From NCBI GenBank assembly GCA_043747615.1, contig JAYTOU010000031.1:1-64000 (forward strand): DNA of 64,000 nucleotides, given 5' to 3'. The notes beneath the pieces are model-generated. The model searched no databases and had not been told where the DNA came from. It was given only the letters and a program-made list of their open reading frames with translations. Positions 46,377-56,817 of the stretch are shown in pieces. Origin of the DNA: Myxococcales bacterium. Lineage in GTDB: Bacteria > Myxococcota_A > Polyangia > Polyangiales > Polyangiaceae. The first letter of the stretch is position 1, and the number at the start of each line of letters is the position of its first letter. The position numbers were made by a program, and so were the translations under genes.

Positions 46377-47372
46377 ATGCGCGCGCACCGAATCTGGAGC
46401 GAGACCGTCTCGTACCCCACGCTCATGGACCGTCGTACGCTGCGCCTGCTGCGGCGATTTTCGATCGAGCTGCTCGTCGCGGTGAGGCCGTGGGACGCGC
46501 CAGTCGTGGCAGATCTCAGCCGCGCCTGCCTCGACGAAGGGGTGAGCCTCGGTCTCTGGCCGATGCTCGCCGACGGTGAAGGTCGCTGGGTGAATGTGCA
46601 GAATGCATCTAAATTCGGCGCGCTCATCGACCAACTTCTGGAAGGACTGGATCCGCGCGGTTTAGTTCCGAAGGAGATCGTCTTCGACCTCGAGCCCTCG
46701 ATGCTCGTGGCGCGCGCCCTTCTCGATCGCCGCGAAAGTGCATCTGGCGTCGCGTCGATGTTTCGCTCCGCAGGTGACACGCACTCGTTCGAAGATGGGC
46801 AGCGCACGCTGGCCCGGTCGACGCAGGCTCTCGTGGATCGCGGAATTTCGTGCGCCGCGGCGCTCGTTCCCCTCGTTCTTCTCGACACGCCGCAGGGTGC
46901 GCCGTGGCAGAAGCTCCTTGGCACTCCGGTGGACGAGCCGCGCTGGGATCGGGTCAGCGTCATGCTCTACACCTCGATACTCGAGGGTTGGTCGAAGGGC
47001 ACGATGCGCCGCCGTCATGCTCTCGAAATCCTCGAGCGAGCCAGTCTCGCCACACGTGCACGCTTCGGGGCACGCGGCGGAGTCTCCCTCGGTGCGGTTG
47101 GAACGGGCGCCTTCGGAAACGAGCCCGTATATCGCGGCGCGCACGAGCTCGCGCAGGACGTCGGTTCGACTCTCGCATCGGGGATCACCGACATCACGCT
47201 GTTCGATCTTGGCGGGGTGCTCGCGCGCTCGCCGGCCGAGTCATGGCTCGCTGCGCTGGTGGAGACAGACGCAATCGAAGCGCCATCCCGGAATGCGCTC
47301 CGCCTACGTGCCGCGAATTCCTTGGAGCGACTGGGAACGCTGGGCCTCGCTCGGCTGCTCATGCGTCGGTAA
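46377..47372 (+). CDS. Hypothetical protein
   Basis: Fills the gap between two genes, normal composition; alternating beta/alpha pattern, possibly a barrel. Confidence 0.65.
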   Translation: MRAHRIWSETVSYPTLMDRRTLRLLRRFSIELLVAVRPWDAPVVADLSRACLDEGVSLGLWPMLADGEGRWVNVQNASKFGALIDQLLEGLDPRGLVPKEIVFDLEPSMLVARALLDRRESASGVASMFRSAGDTHSFEDGQRTLARSTQALVDRGISCAAALVPLVLLDTPQGAPWQKLLGTPVDEPRWDRVSVMLYTSILEGWSKGTMRRRHALEILERASLATRARFGARGGVSLGAVGTGAFGNEPVYRGAHELAQDVGSTLASGITDITLFDLGGVLARSPAESWLAALVETDAIEAPSRNALRLRAANSLERLGTLGLARLLMRR

Positions 47373-47387
47373 ACGCCCGACGACGAC

Positions 47388-47882
47388 TCAATCGTCGGGA
47401 TGCCAGGGGTACCGGAGGGTTGCGACGTCGCCGAAGCCGTCGCGGATCCTGGCGCAGACGGACTCGGCATCTTCCGTTTCAACCAGCCACGCCGACAGTG
47501 GTTGTCCGACGGTGAGGACGGCGCTGTACGCGCGGCGGATTGTGCGACGGTGGACAAGGGACCGGAATGCGCGCCGCATGCAGCTTAGACCGGCAAGCGT
47601 GAGGGTCACGATGCGCTGGCGAGTGTCGCCCTGCGATGGCCGGACGCGGCTGACCAGGCCGAGTTCTTCGAGGGACCGAAGCATGCGGCTCACCGTAGGG
47701 GCCGTGACTCCGAGCGCGCGTCGGAGATCGCTCTGTCGCATGCAGCGACTCTTGTTCGAGCCCTTGATCGCGTAGAGCATGTCGAACCGCGCGGCCGTTA
47801 ATCCGAAGGCGGCAATGGCGGATCGCGTGAACCGAAGGGACGCCTGGTACGCACGCTTCAGTCCAAAAAGTATCGCGTTCAT
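47388..47882 (-). CDS. MarR family regulator
   Basis: GLTAARFDML, LGVTAPTVSRMLRSLEELGLV, DTRQRIVTLT. Confidence 0.85.
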   Translation of the reverse strand: MNAILFGLKRAYQASLRFTRSAIAAFGLTAARFDMLYAIKGSNKSRCMRQSDLRRALGVTAPTVSRMLRSLEELGLVSRVRPSQGDTRQRIVTLTLAGLSCMRRAFRSLVHRRTIRRAYSAVLTVGQPLSAWLVETEDAESVCARIRDGFGDVATLRYPWHPDD

Positions 47883-48125
47883 GACCGTCGCTGAGCACGA
47901 CCCGTGCCGCACGGCCCCCGCCTGCGTCCCCCCTCGCCGCACACCGTCGAAACGGCCCGACACCATGAGCAAGCTAACGAACGTGGTCTCGCCGGCCCTG
48001 GCTGCTGAGAAGGTGACGCTGCGGGGTGGCGGGTGTCCCGGTCGACATTCGCCTGTTCCCGGACAGCTCGGCTCATCGACCGTGGGACGGGACGCGTCGC
48101 AAGTACGATCGATTTCGGATTGCGC

Positions 48126-48887
48126 TTAGCGCGATTCGTAAACCTTGACCGAGGGGAGCTCGACGGCGGTGAGAAATCCCCCTTTGCCGCAGCCCGTGTC
48201 GATGACCAGCACTGCCTCGCCGGCCCACATGTCGAGCGGGTCTTCAGGCGTGAACGAGGAAAGCTCGGGCGGGAGATGATCGGTCGAAGTGTGCCCGCAG
48301 ACCACCCGCTTGCCACGGTAGTTCTGGAAGAAGTCCATGGTCCGCACCCAAAGGAGGATCGATTTTTCGACTACCTCGCTGGGGTGTAACCAACGATCCT
48401 TGTCTTTCCCCGCGCCTTTTACGAGGCCGGCGTGGATGTAAATCGCATGCTCGTCTTCGTAGAAGTGAGGAAGGCTGCCCATCCAAGCGATGACGCCTTC
48501 CGGGAAGAAGGAGGCAAGGAGCATCGACTGGTATTCCTCCTTCGTCGGCAGATCGCCCTCGAAGTAGAGGCTGCCCGTGAACGAACGCAGCGTCGCCAAA
48601 CAGCCATTTTGTGCAGGAATCACGAATTCTGGCCAGCCACCGGTGGCGACGCGCAGCCAGCCGTCTTCGTGGTTGCCGCGCAGCGGTACCACCTTTGCCT
48701 GGGTGGCCTTCGGCAGCTGATTCCGGATGTACTCGATGACTTGGGCCGACTGCGGACCGCGGTCCAAGTAGTCGCCCACAAATACGATGGTGTCTTTTTC
48801 GTCGAGCTTCGGAAGGCGAAGGAGGACTCGCTTGAGTGCTTCGAGATCGCCGTGAATGTCGCCGAAGGCGAACGTGCGATTGGCCAT
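48126..48887 (-). CDS. PPP-family metallophosphoesterase (PrpA/ApaH-like)
   Basis: GDIHGD, GDYLDRGP, RGNHE, HAG, GHT, IDTG. Confidence 0.92.
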   Translation of the reverse strand: MANRTFAFGDIHGDLEALKRVLLRLPKLDEKDTIVFVGDYLDRGPQSAQVIEYIRNQLPKATQAKVVPLRGNHEDGWLRVATGGWPEFVIPAQNGCLATLRSFTGSLYFEGDLPTKEEYQSMLLASFFPEGVIAWMGSLPHFYEDEHAIYIHAGLVKGAGKDKDRWLHPSEVVEKSILLWVRTMDFFQNYRGKRVVCGHTSTDHLPPELSSFTPEDPLDMWAGEAVLVIDTGCGKGGFLTAVELPSVKVYESR

Positions 48888-48915
48888 GTCGTCCTCTACG
48901 CTTTGGGTGAACGAC

Positions 48916-50337
48916 TCAGTTGAACCACTTGTTCGGGGGTGGAATGTAGATCCCGCCGGGGCCTGTGCGCCGCGTTTCCTTCTTGGCCCCCTTCGTAGCC
49001 GGATTGGATGGCGGGGTCGATGCTGCGTTTCCCGATTTTGGTGCGTCGGGGTCAGCGCTCGTCGAGGGTGCCGCCCGGTCGATGACCGGATTCGGAGGTG
49101 GCGGGAGAACTACTGTGTCCGTGCTCGGAACGACCGTGGCTGCGCTCGCAGCGTCGCTCGTCCGGAGCTTCTCCGCGGCCGCTCGCCTGGCGCCAACGAC
49201 CACGATCAGGACGACCATCACGAGCAGTCCGAAGACACCCGCTGCTGCTGCGATCCACAGCGGAAACGCCGTTCGTTCGGCGGGAGCGCGAGTAATCTTC
49301 GGAGTGGCTGGCGTTATGGCCAAAGCCGTCGGCGGACCGGCGACCGCGATCATCGTGGGCATCGTGCCCATCGGCTCGGGGACGCGTGCCGCGACCAACT
49401 TACGGGAAGAGACTGCGACGGGTGCGCGGAGGATCGCCTCGATCGCAGTCGAGAGATCGTGCGCACTTGCGAGACGATCGTTCGGCTGCTTCGCGAGGAG
49501 GCGCGCGAGGATGGTCGCAATGCGGGGATCGAGCTCTGCGGTAACGTCGTCCGCCAGGGCTGGCACGTCCTCGAAAACGTGACTGCGGAGCACCGTGACT
49601 GCCCCCCCGCCGAATGGGCGCTCACCCGCGAGAAGCTCGTAGAGGATCACACCCGTCGAGTAAAGGTCCGTGCGGAAGTCGACGGCCTGACCGAGCGCCT
49701 GTTCCGGCGACATGTAATCGGGGGTTCCAAAGACCGCGCCCACCCGGGTCAGTGGCAGTGCGCCCGCGGCGACCGATCCGGGAGCCTCCTGGATTTCCAC
49801 TTTGGCGATTCCGAAATCGAGCACCTTCACGAAGTCCGTCTGTCCTTCGTGAGTGACGAGCATCACGTTCTCCGGCTTTAGATCGCGGTGCACGACTCCC
49901 TTGGCGTGCGCCGCGGCGAGGGCCAGCGCGATCCCGTGGACGATCCGGATGGCGCGCATGGGACCAAGCCGCCCCTTGTCGATCGCCACGCGGAGCGTCT
50001 CGCCCTTCACGTACTCCAAGACCAGGAAAAAAGAGCCGTCAGGCAGCTTTCCGAAGTCCGTCGCCGCCGCCACGTTGGGGTGCTCGATGCGGCCTGCGGC
50101 GACGGCTTCGCGCTCGAAGCGAGCGGAGATCTCCCCGGCTCCGCTCAGCGCTTCGTGGAGCACCTTCAACGCGAACTGCTTGCGCATGTGCACGTGCTCG
50201 ACGAGGTAGACAGCGCCCATTCCGCCCTCGCCGAGCTCGGCAACTATTCGGTAGCGGTCGGCGATGAGCGTGCCCGCCGCCAGCTGAGGAATTTTTTGCG
50301 TCGCTGGCGCGGCAGAGCTCAGGGGCGTCGTCGACAT
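48916..50337 (-). CDS. Hanks-type Ser/Thr kinase with TM helix
   Basis: GEGGMG, FALK, HRDLKPEN, DFG, GTPDYMSPEQ. Confidence 0.95.
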   Translation of the reverse strand: MSTTPLSSAAPATQKIPQLAAGTLIADRYRIVAELGEGGMGAVYLVEHVHMRKQFALKVLHEALSGAGEISARFEREAVAAGRIEHPNVAAATDFGKLPDGSFFLVLEYVKGETLRVAIDKGRLGPMRAIRIVHGIALALAAAHAKGVVHRDLKPENVMLVTHEGQTDFVKVLDFGIAKVEIQEAPGSVAAGALPLTRVGAVFGTPDYMSPEQALGQAVDFRTDLYSTGVILYELLAGERPFGGGAVTVLRSHVFEDVPALADDVTAELDPRIATILARLLAKQPNDRLASAHDLSTAIEAILRAPVAVSSRKLVAARVPEPMGTMPTMIAVAGPPTALAITPATPKITRAPAERTAFPLWIAAAAGVFGLLVMVVLIVVVGARRAAAEKLRTSDAASAATVVPSTDTVVLPPPPNPVIDRAAPSTSADPDAPKSGNAASTPPSNPATKGAKKETRRTGPGGIYIPPPNKWFN

Positions 50338-50460
50338 GAGCCTTTAGTCTACCACCGTCCACACGCCGAGCCTCGTGCTGGACAAGAAATAGGAATGTCG
50401 CTATGCGCTGCGCCGCATGCTGTTCACCACGCGGCACAGCCTCCCGAAGGTCGATTAGGA

Positions 50461-51642
50461 GTGTTCTCGACGCGCACGTCGATTGATCGTTCGCTAAACC
50501 CGCTCGCCTTCGCCCTCGAACGCGCGCGTGCGGGCGGCGCTGCGATCATCGATCTCACGATCTCGAACCCCACCACCGCGAGCATTCCCTACCCGCGTGA
50601 TGCCATTCTCGAGGCGCTCGGCGATCCGCGGTCGCTGACCTACGAGCCGCTCCCGTTCGGTCTTCCCGAAGCGCGCCGAGCCATCGCCGACCTCTACGCG
50701 AACACCCACGCCGTCGACCCCGAACGCGTAGTGCTCACCGCGAGCACGAGCGAGGCGTACTCCCTGCTCTTCAAGCTCCTTTGCGATCCGGGGGACGACG
50801 TCGCGGTTCCGCAGCCGAGCTACCCGCTCTTCGATCACCTCGCGGCCTTCGAGTCCGTCGCGCTCGTGCCCTACCACCTGGCCTACGATGGCGCGTGGCA
50901 CCTCGACGCCGAATCACTCGCCCGCGCGGTTGGCCCCCGGACACGGGCCATCCTCGTCGTCAGCCCTAACAACCCCACCGGCTCGTACCTCAAACGAGCC
51001 GAGCTCGCCCGACTCTCCTCCTTTGGCCTTCCGATCATCTGCGACGAAGTGTTCGCGACCTACCCGCTCGGCGTCGGCGGACCTCACGGGACTGAAGAGC
51101 GCGTCCTCGGGATCCTCGAGGAAACGAAGGTCCTCGTCTTCCTTCTCAGTGGGCTCTCGAAGCTTGCCGCTCTCCCGCAGATAAAGCTCGGCTGGATGAT
51201 CGTCGGAGGTCCCGACGCCGAAGTGAAAGAAGCGCTCGGTCGTCTGGAGCTCATCGCCGACAGCTTTCTCTCCGTTGGCGCACCGGCACAGAATGCGCTT
51301 GCCGCCCTCCTCGCGTCGCGTGCGATGGCGACTGCGGCGATCGCTGGACGTACGGAGCGCAACCTCGCCCGCCTCGACGCGCTGGTGGGTGCGGACTCGA
51401 CGGTCACCCGGCTACATCTGGAAGGAGGCTGGTACGCAACACTCCGCCTTCCCCGCCTCGAATGCGTCGATTGGGCAATCGCGCTCCTCGAAAGAGAAGC
51501 GGTCTACGTCCACCCCGGAGCGTTCTTCGGCTTCGGCGACGAGGTGCATGTCGTCCTCAGCCTCCTCACTCCCGAAGAGGCGTTCGCAGAAGGCGTGCGC
51601 CGCATCGTCACTCGCGTGGCGCGCATGGTGGAAGCCCCATGA
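50461..51642 (+). CDS. Class I/II PLP-dependent aminotransferase
   Basis: SPNNPTG, DEVF, SGLSK..LGW; GTG start at 50461. Confidence 0.9.
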   Translation: MFSTRTSIDRSLNPLAFALERARAGGAAIIDLTISNPTTASIPYPRDAILEALGDPRSLTYEPLPFGLPEARRAIADLYANTHAVDPERVVLTASTSEAYSLLFKLLCDPGDDVAVPQPSYPLFDHLAAFESVALVPYHLAYDGAWHLDAESLARAVGPRTRAILVVSPNNPTGSYLKRAELARLSSFGLPIICDEVFATYPLGVGGPHGTEERVLGILEETKVLVFLLSGLSKLAALPQIKLGWMIVGGPDAEVKEALGRLELIADSFLSVGAPAQNALAALLASRAMATAAIAGRTERNLARLDALVGADSTVTRLHLEGGWYATLRLPRLECVDWAIALLEREAVYVHPGAFFGFGDEVHVVLSLLTPEEAFAEGVRRIVTRVARMVEAP

Positions 51643-53330
51643 GGCTCGCCTGGCGAGAAAGACTCCGCGACCCGCGGGCCTTCGTGCTCGTCGGGCTCGC
51701 CGTGGCCATCGCCGTCGGCTGCACATGGGGCCTCCCCAACTCCACCTCCTGGGTCGCCGATTCCATATCCCCCCGTTCGTGCGGCCTCGGCGCGGTGGTG
51801 GAGAATTTCATCCCCGGACATTTTCAGCACTACCCGCCGCTCCATATGGCGATCCTCACGATCTTCTCGCTCCCCTGGATGGCAGCCGCGGCGAGCAAGA
51901 CGGGGATGCACGTCGATGCGCTGGGCCTCGAGCTCATCAAGCCATTTTACATGACCGGGATCGAAGCGAGCGCGCGCGTCGTTGCGGCGGTCATGGCTCT
52001 CGGGATCACGTGGAACACAATGCGTCTGTGGAGGCGGATCTCAGGGGAGCGTGCGAGCATTGTGGCGGGGCTAGTCGTCGCCACCAACGCAGCCTTCGTC
52101 TTCTACGCGCACACCGGGAACCTCGAGGTGCCGTACCTCTTCTGGATCACCTGGGCTCTCGTCGAGCTCGATCGCGTAGCCACCGGAGAAGCGCGCGAAC
52201 GTCAGGTGCTTCTCCTCGCCGTCGCAGCTGCCCTCACCAAAGATCAGGCGGCGGGCGCGCTTCTCCTTCCAATCCCGATCTACGTCGTGCTCGTCCCCTG
52301 GCTGACCCAGCGCACGCCGATCGTTCGGAAGTCCCTGGTGATCGCCGCGCTGACGGCCATCGCGGCGTACGGCTTCGGCTCCGGCGCCTTCCTCAATCCG
52401 AGCGGCTTCCACAAGCGCGTGCAGATGATGCTTGGCCCCGCTGCACACACCTGGGCCGCGTACCCAAGTGATTTCGACGGTAACGTGGCGCTCGCCCGGG
52501 ACACATTGAAGGCGACGACGGAGTTCACGTCGTGGCCGATCGCCCTCGGTGCCGCCATTGGAGTGGGGCTCACGCTGGGCTTGCAGCGCGGTCTTGCGCG
52601 ATGGCGCATGCTCTTGCCGCTGGTCGCCGCGATCTCCTTCTCCATCTTCTTCAACTTCAGCGCCCGGCGCACCGACACCCGCTTTCTCTTGCCGCAGAGC
52701 ATCCTCTTTTTCCCCTACGTTGCGGTCGCGTTCGAGTGGCTATGGAACTGGAAGGCGTGGAGCTGGAGGCCGAGCGGGCGCAGGCTCCTCGTGGTCTGGC
52801 TCCTCGTCGCGTTCGCTCCGGCGGTGATCGGTGTGGCCTCGATGGACGCAACGCTCCTCGCGGATCCGCGCTACGAGGCGGAGCGTTTCCTCGCCGCGCT
52901 TCCCACGACGACCCGCCTCGAGATGTACGGCGGCCCGATCTTTCTGCCGCGCGTTCCTCCTGTGCTCGCTGCCGTCCGGCCGGGGACGGATCCGATCGAC
53001 GAACGTCAGCAGATCCTCGGCGTCGAGGACATCGTCGATCCCACGATGGATCCGCGACTGCGAAATCCGGACGTCATCGTCCTGGCGACCGAGCTCAGCT
53101 CCGTGGGCATGACCGAGCCCGCTGGCCCGCACCCCTACGGCATCATGCAGTACCGCGATCCCGTTTCACGCGCGTTTCTTCGCGGGTTGCTCGACGGATC
53201 GCTGGGCTACCGCCGTGCCCTTCGCGCCACCTGCGCGCTTCCCTGGCCGCTCGAGTGCCGCTCCATTCATTACTCGACCGCAGGCGAGATGTGGATCTAC
53301 GTCAGAGCTTCAGGAGGTCGATCGCGATGA
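51639..53330 (+). CDS. Polytopic membrane protein, probable GT-C (ArnT-like) glycosyltransferase
   Basis: WVADS, HYPPLH, ALTKDQ, RFLLP, many TM helices; ATGA overlap with the aminotransferase. Confidence 0.65.
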   Translation: MRLAWRERLRDPRAFVLVGLAVAIAVGCTWGLPNSTSWVADSISPRSCGLGAVVENFIPGHFQHYPPLHMAILTIFSLPWMAAAASKTGMHVDALGLELIKPFYMTGIEASARVVAAVMALGITWNTMRLWRRISGERASIVAGLVVATNAAFVFYAHTGNLEVPYLFWITWALVELDRVATGEARERQVLLLAVAAALTKDQAAGALLLPIPIYVVLVPWLTQRTPIVRKSLVIAALTAIAAYGFGSGAFLNPSGFHKRVQMMLGPAAHTWAAYPSDFDGNVALARDTLKATTEFTSWPIALGAAIGVGLTLGLQRGLARWRMLLPLVAAISFSIFFNFSARRTDTRFLLPQSILFFPYVAVAFEWLWNWKAWSWRPSGRRLLVVWLLVAFAPAVIGVASMDATLLADPRYEAERFLAALPTTTRLEMYGGPIFLPRVPPVLAAVRPGTDPIDERQQILGVEDIVDPTMDPRLRNPDVIVLATELSSVGMTEPAGPHPYGIMQYRDPVSRAFLRGLLDGSLGYRRALRATCALPWPLECRSIHYSTAGEMWIYVRASGGRSR

Positions 53331-54477
53331 CGAAGTGCAGCACAGAGAGCGCGGCCCAGCCGCTCAGAAGCACGCGCGGGTAGGTTCGCGTGGAGACAAG
53401 CAGGATGGGCCAGCTCACCACGAAGAGCTCGGTCGTCACCCGGAGGTAGCTTGCCTGATCGTTCCAGTGCTCCTGGTCGCTCAAGAGCATCGCCAGGAGG
53501 GCGTAGAGGCACCATGCGAGTTTTTCCCAGGACGGAACCTCGGCGCGGAAGAGCGCACGCCCTGTGGCGGCGATCGTCGTCAGGAGAAGGGACACCTGGA
53601 TCAGATCGAGCACGTACGCGTGCCGAAATGCGTCGACGACAAAGCGCGTCAGTCCGACGAACGGGGGAAGGAGCGTCCCTCGGTTTGCAAGCGCAGGTGC
53701 CACGCCCCACACCCGCATCAAGAGCAGCTGCCACGCGAGAAACGCGGCGAGCGGCCACGCGGACGCGAGCATGGTCGACGGCTTCGGCCGGGGGCCGCGT
53801 ACGTACCGGATGACTTGCACGACGAAGAGCGCGGCGGGGACCATCAACGTCGTTTCGCGGGTGAGGGCCGCGAGAAGGAAGATCAGCGACGCCCACCACC
53901 ACCGCGCGCGGCGGGCAAGAACGATTGCGCCCAGGAGGAGTGAGCATGCGGCGATCTCCGAGAGATCCCGGGCGAACGAGATCAAGAACCCTGGGTAGAG
54001 CGTGAGGCCAAGCGCCCACAGCGGCCGCGTGCCGACCGACGTGGCGAGCTTCGCGGCGGTTGCGGTGAGGGCGATCCCCGCAACGAGGTTGACTGCGATG
54101 AGCGCGAAGAGCGCCAGCCCGGGACGCCCGCCGCCGGAGAGTGCCCACGCCGCAAGCGGAAGCAGGATGCGTTGATGGCGGTACGAAGGCCGATCGAACG
54201 CGATCCCGAAATCGGTTACCTCGGTAGTGAACGGGTCGAGCGTGAGGCGGTAGAAGAACTGTCCGTCGTAGCCGCGGTTGATCTCCGTGGGGCAGGTGAG
54301 GGAGCGTGGTGTCTCGTGAGGCGCGCAGGTCGGAACCCCCGTCATCACGAAATGCGAGGCGTCGAAGTGGTGAGCGGCGAGCTTCAGCACCACGAGCGCC
54401 ACGAGAACGAGCGCGCCGATGGCGATCACCCGGCGCGCAGTGGCGAACCGCGCGACACGCTCGAGGACGGGGTGCAT
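53302..54477 (-). CDS. Polytopic membrane protein, AZOBR_p60025-like (GT-C-like glycopolymer formation)
   Basis: GYDGQFFYRLTLDP, YRHQRILLP, DLSE, LTRET. Confidence 0.65.
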   Translation of the reverse strand: MHPVLERVARFATARRVIAIGALVLVALVVLKLAAHHFDASHFVMTGVPTCAPHETPRSLTCPTEINRGYDGQFFYRLTLDPFTTEVTDFGIAFDRPSYRHQRILLPLAAWALSGGGRPGLALFALIAVNLVAGIALTATAAKLATSVGTRPLWALGLTLYPGFLISFARDLSEIAACSLLLGAIVLARRARWWWASLIFLLAALTRETTLMVPAALFVVQVIRYVRGPRPKPSTMLASAWPLAAFLAWQLLLMRVWGVAPALANRGTLLPPFVGLTRFVVDAFRHAYVLDLIQVSLLLTTIAATGRALFRAEVPSWEKLAWCLYALLAMLLSDQEHWNDQASYLRVTTELFVVSWPILLVSTRTYPRVLLSGWAALSVLHFVIAIDLLKL

Positions 54478-54481
54478 AGAC

Positions 54482-55576
54482 CTAAGCAAACGCGAAGGGA
54501 TCGCGGTCGGCGCCGCTGCGAAGGACGTCGAGGCCGGGACAGCGTGCCCTCAGACTTTGTTCGAGGCCCCCGAGCGCGGTCCGCTCGCTGTTCGAGTGCA
54601 GCGTGGAAACGACCGTCAGTCCCGCGCGGGCGCAGGCGAGAGCGTCGTGGTGCCGCATTTCACCGGTCAGATAGAGCTCCGCCTTCTTAGCGATGGCATC
54701 CTGGTAGAGATCTCCGCACGACCCCGCCGAGACCGCGACGCGTGTGACGGTCCCCGTCGTCGGGCCGGCGACGAGCAGGTGCGCGAGGCCGAGCCCCGCC
54801 TTGATTCGCGCGAAGAGCTCTCCGCGACCCACCGGAGCGAGCGCTCCGATCCGCCCCATCCCACGCCGCGACGGTGAGGGCGCGAGGCGTATGAGATCGA
54901 ACGCTGGCTCTTCGTAGGGGTGCGTCTCGCGCAGGGCGCGAAGGGCGTCCTCCACCCGGGCGATCGGGAGCCGCGTCTCGAGGCGTAGCTCGGCAACCGT
55001 CGCCAGCGCACCCGCGATCCCCACCGCCGGGTTCGAACCCGACTCACCGAAGAAGGTGCCCGTCCCTGGCGCTCGAAAGCTGCATGCACTGTACTTGCCG
55101 ATCTGCCCGGCTCCGGCCGCGAAGAGCGCCGCGCTCACGGCCTCGACCGCCGACTCCGGCACGAAGGTGACGAGCTTGTAGTATGCATCTTTCGCCGGAG
55201 CGGCCCTCAGGGGTAGGCGGTCCGTCATCCCGAGCAGATCGCCGAGAACGTCGTTCGTGCCTCCCTCGGCGACGTCGAACGCCGTGTGCGGGCTGTAGAT
55301 GGCGACGCCGCGCCGCACCGCTTCGAAAATCAAACCGGGCGCCGTCACGTGCTTCAGTCCCTGAAAAATCGGCGGATGGTAAGCGATGACCATGTCGCAG
55401 GGGGTAGCGTAGGCCTCCTCGGCGACGGCGTCGGTGTAGTCGATCGTCAACAGAACGCGGCATACCTCGCGCGCCGGATCACCCACCAAAAGGCCCACGT
55501 TGTCCCACGGCTCGGCGTCCGTGGTCGGCGCGAGCTCCTCGAGGACGGCTACGAGATCGCTAACGCGCATGCGCAT
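54482..55576 (-). CDS. Nif3-like dinuclear metal centre protein with PII-like insertion (YqfO-type)
   Basis: WDNVGLLVG, YHPPIF, HTAFD, KLVTFVP..HPYEEPA, TGEMRHH, HSNSER. Confidence 0.93.
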   Translation of the reverse strand: MRMRVSDLVAVLEELAPTTDAEPWDNVGLLVGDPAREVCRVLLTIDYTDAVAEEAYATPCDMVIAYHPPIFQGLKHVTAPGLIFEAVRRGVAIYSPHTAFDVAEGGTNDVLGDLLGMTDRLPLRAAPAKDAYYKLVTFVPESAVEAVSAALFAAGAGQIGKYSACSFRAPGTGTFFGESGSNPAVGIAGALATVAELRLETRLPIARVEDALRALRETHPYEEPAFDLIRLAPSPSRRGMGRIGALAPVGRGELFARIKAGLGLAHLLVAGPTTGTVTRVAVSAGSCGDLYQDAIAKKAELYLTGEMRHHDALACARAGLTVVSTLHSNSERTALGGLEQSLRARCPGLDVLRSGADRDPFAFA

Positions 55577-55638
55577 CGCCTACACCCGGCGGAGGGCGCG
55601 GTCGAGCGTGCGGTAGCGCGTGCTACAAGGGGCCGGAC

Positions 55639-56052
55639 ATGACCGCCTACTTCCTCATCAAGAGCGAACCGTCCGTCTACGCATTCTCGCAACTCGTCAA
55701 AGACAAGAAAACTACGTGGGACGGCGTGCGGAACTTCGAGGCGCGGAACAACCTGCGCTCGATGAAGCTCGGAGATTTGTGCCTCTTCTATCATTCGAAT
55801 GAAGACAAGGCGGTGGTCGGCGTGGCCAAGGTGACGAAGGTCGCCTTTCAAGATCCGACGACCGACGAGGACTGGAGCGCGGTGGTGGTCGGTCCCGTGG
55901 CGGCCCTGAAGAACCCCGTCACCCTCTCTGAGATCAAAGAGAGCCCCGCGTTGAGCACGATGGCCATCGTGAAAAAGTCCCGCCTCTCCGTGACGCCCGT
56001 CAGCAAGTCGGAGTTCGACGCCGTCCTGTCCGCCTCGAAGACGAAGCTCTGA
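55639..56052 (+). CDS. EVE domain protein
   Basis: KSEP, WDGVRNFEARN, FYHS, RLSV. Confidence 0.95.
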   Translation: MTAYFLIKSEPSVYAFSQLVKDKKTTWDGVRNFEARNNLRSMKLGDLCLFYHSNEDKAVVGVAKVTKVAFQDPTTDEDWSAVVVGPVAALKNPVTLSEIKESPALSTMAIVKKSRLSVTPVSKSEFDAVLSASKTKL

Positions 56053-56085
56053 GTCTGGTCGCGTAGGTACGCGCCCGCGGAGCCG

Positions 56086-56817
56086 TTACGAGAAGCTCAC
56101 CACCAGCTCTTCGGCGATGTGAATTCCCGAGCGAACGAAGTCCAAGAAATCCGCGCGGCGGGCGGCGTCTACTCCCAAAAATTCGACGAAGTAGCCCCTT
56201 GCCGGCAGCTGCACGTGGCGATGGCGCACGACCGCGTCGAGAAGGAAAACTTCCTCCGTCTCGGGGTGCGTCACCTGAAGGACGACGTCCGTCCCGGCAG
56301 GCAGATCGAGCGCGGTCGGCACGAACATGCCCCCCTTCGAGAGCTCGTTCGCGTAGAGCGCTTCGAGATCCTTTATCGTCGGGAGCTTCACCCGGAGGAC
56401 GGCGGTGTGGCGCTCGAAGCGAACCCGCACTGGCTCAGGTGTGTTCTCCGGCAAGACGAACGGAGCCTGCTCCGACGCAGGCGGGCAGTGCGCCTCCACG
56501 TACCGAATGAGCGCGTCCCACGTGTCGCGCGCCTCGTGGTCGAGCGCATAAAACTGGATGCCTACGCCCGGCCGCTTCTGCGCTGGGTCGGTCACGTGCA
56601 CCACCATGCCGTGGACTTTGAGCGCCCGCTCCCCATCCGGCAAAATAAGCTGGATTCGCACGAGCTGGCGGAGCTTGGGCGGAGTGTCGGTGCTCACGAA
56701 AATACCCCGAAAGCTCACGTCTTCGGTGAAAAGCGAGAGCTCTTTTTTCCCGTACGCGAGCTTCGCCGGAAACCGGATGGCGTAGCGAAGATCGCGGCGT
56801 TTCGGGTCGGGAGTCAT
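56086..56817 (-). CDS. Double PilZ-domain protein
   Basis: RRDLR and DVSFRG in domain 1; ELSKGGMFV in domain 2. Confidence 0.85.
   Translation of the reverse strand: MTPDPKRRDLRYAIRFPAKLAYGKKELSLFTEDVSFRGIFVSTDTPPKLRQLVRIQLILPDGERALKVHGMVVHVTDPAQKRPGVGIQFYALDHEARDTWDALIRYVEAHCPPASEQAPFVLPENTPEPVRVRFERHTAVLRVKLPTIKDLEALYANELSKGGMFVPTALDLPAGTDVVLQVTHPETEEVFLLDAVVRHRHVQLPARGYFVEFLGVDAARRADFLDFVRSGIHIAEELVVSFS

Noticed and set aside
47883..48125. 243-bp intergenic region as an ncRNA or mobile remnant
   Set aside because: I could not see a recognisable riboswitch, terminal repeat or convincing structure; an Rfam scan would settle it
49888..50460. Long N-terminal extension of the aminotransferase
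   Set aside because: It is mostly antisense to the kinase; family-like sequence starts near 50461
54482..56052. EVE and Nif3 genes as a defence system
   Set aside because: Both are stand-alone housekeeping-type genes with no nuclease or effector partner
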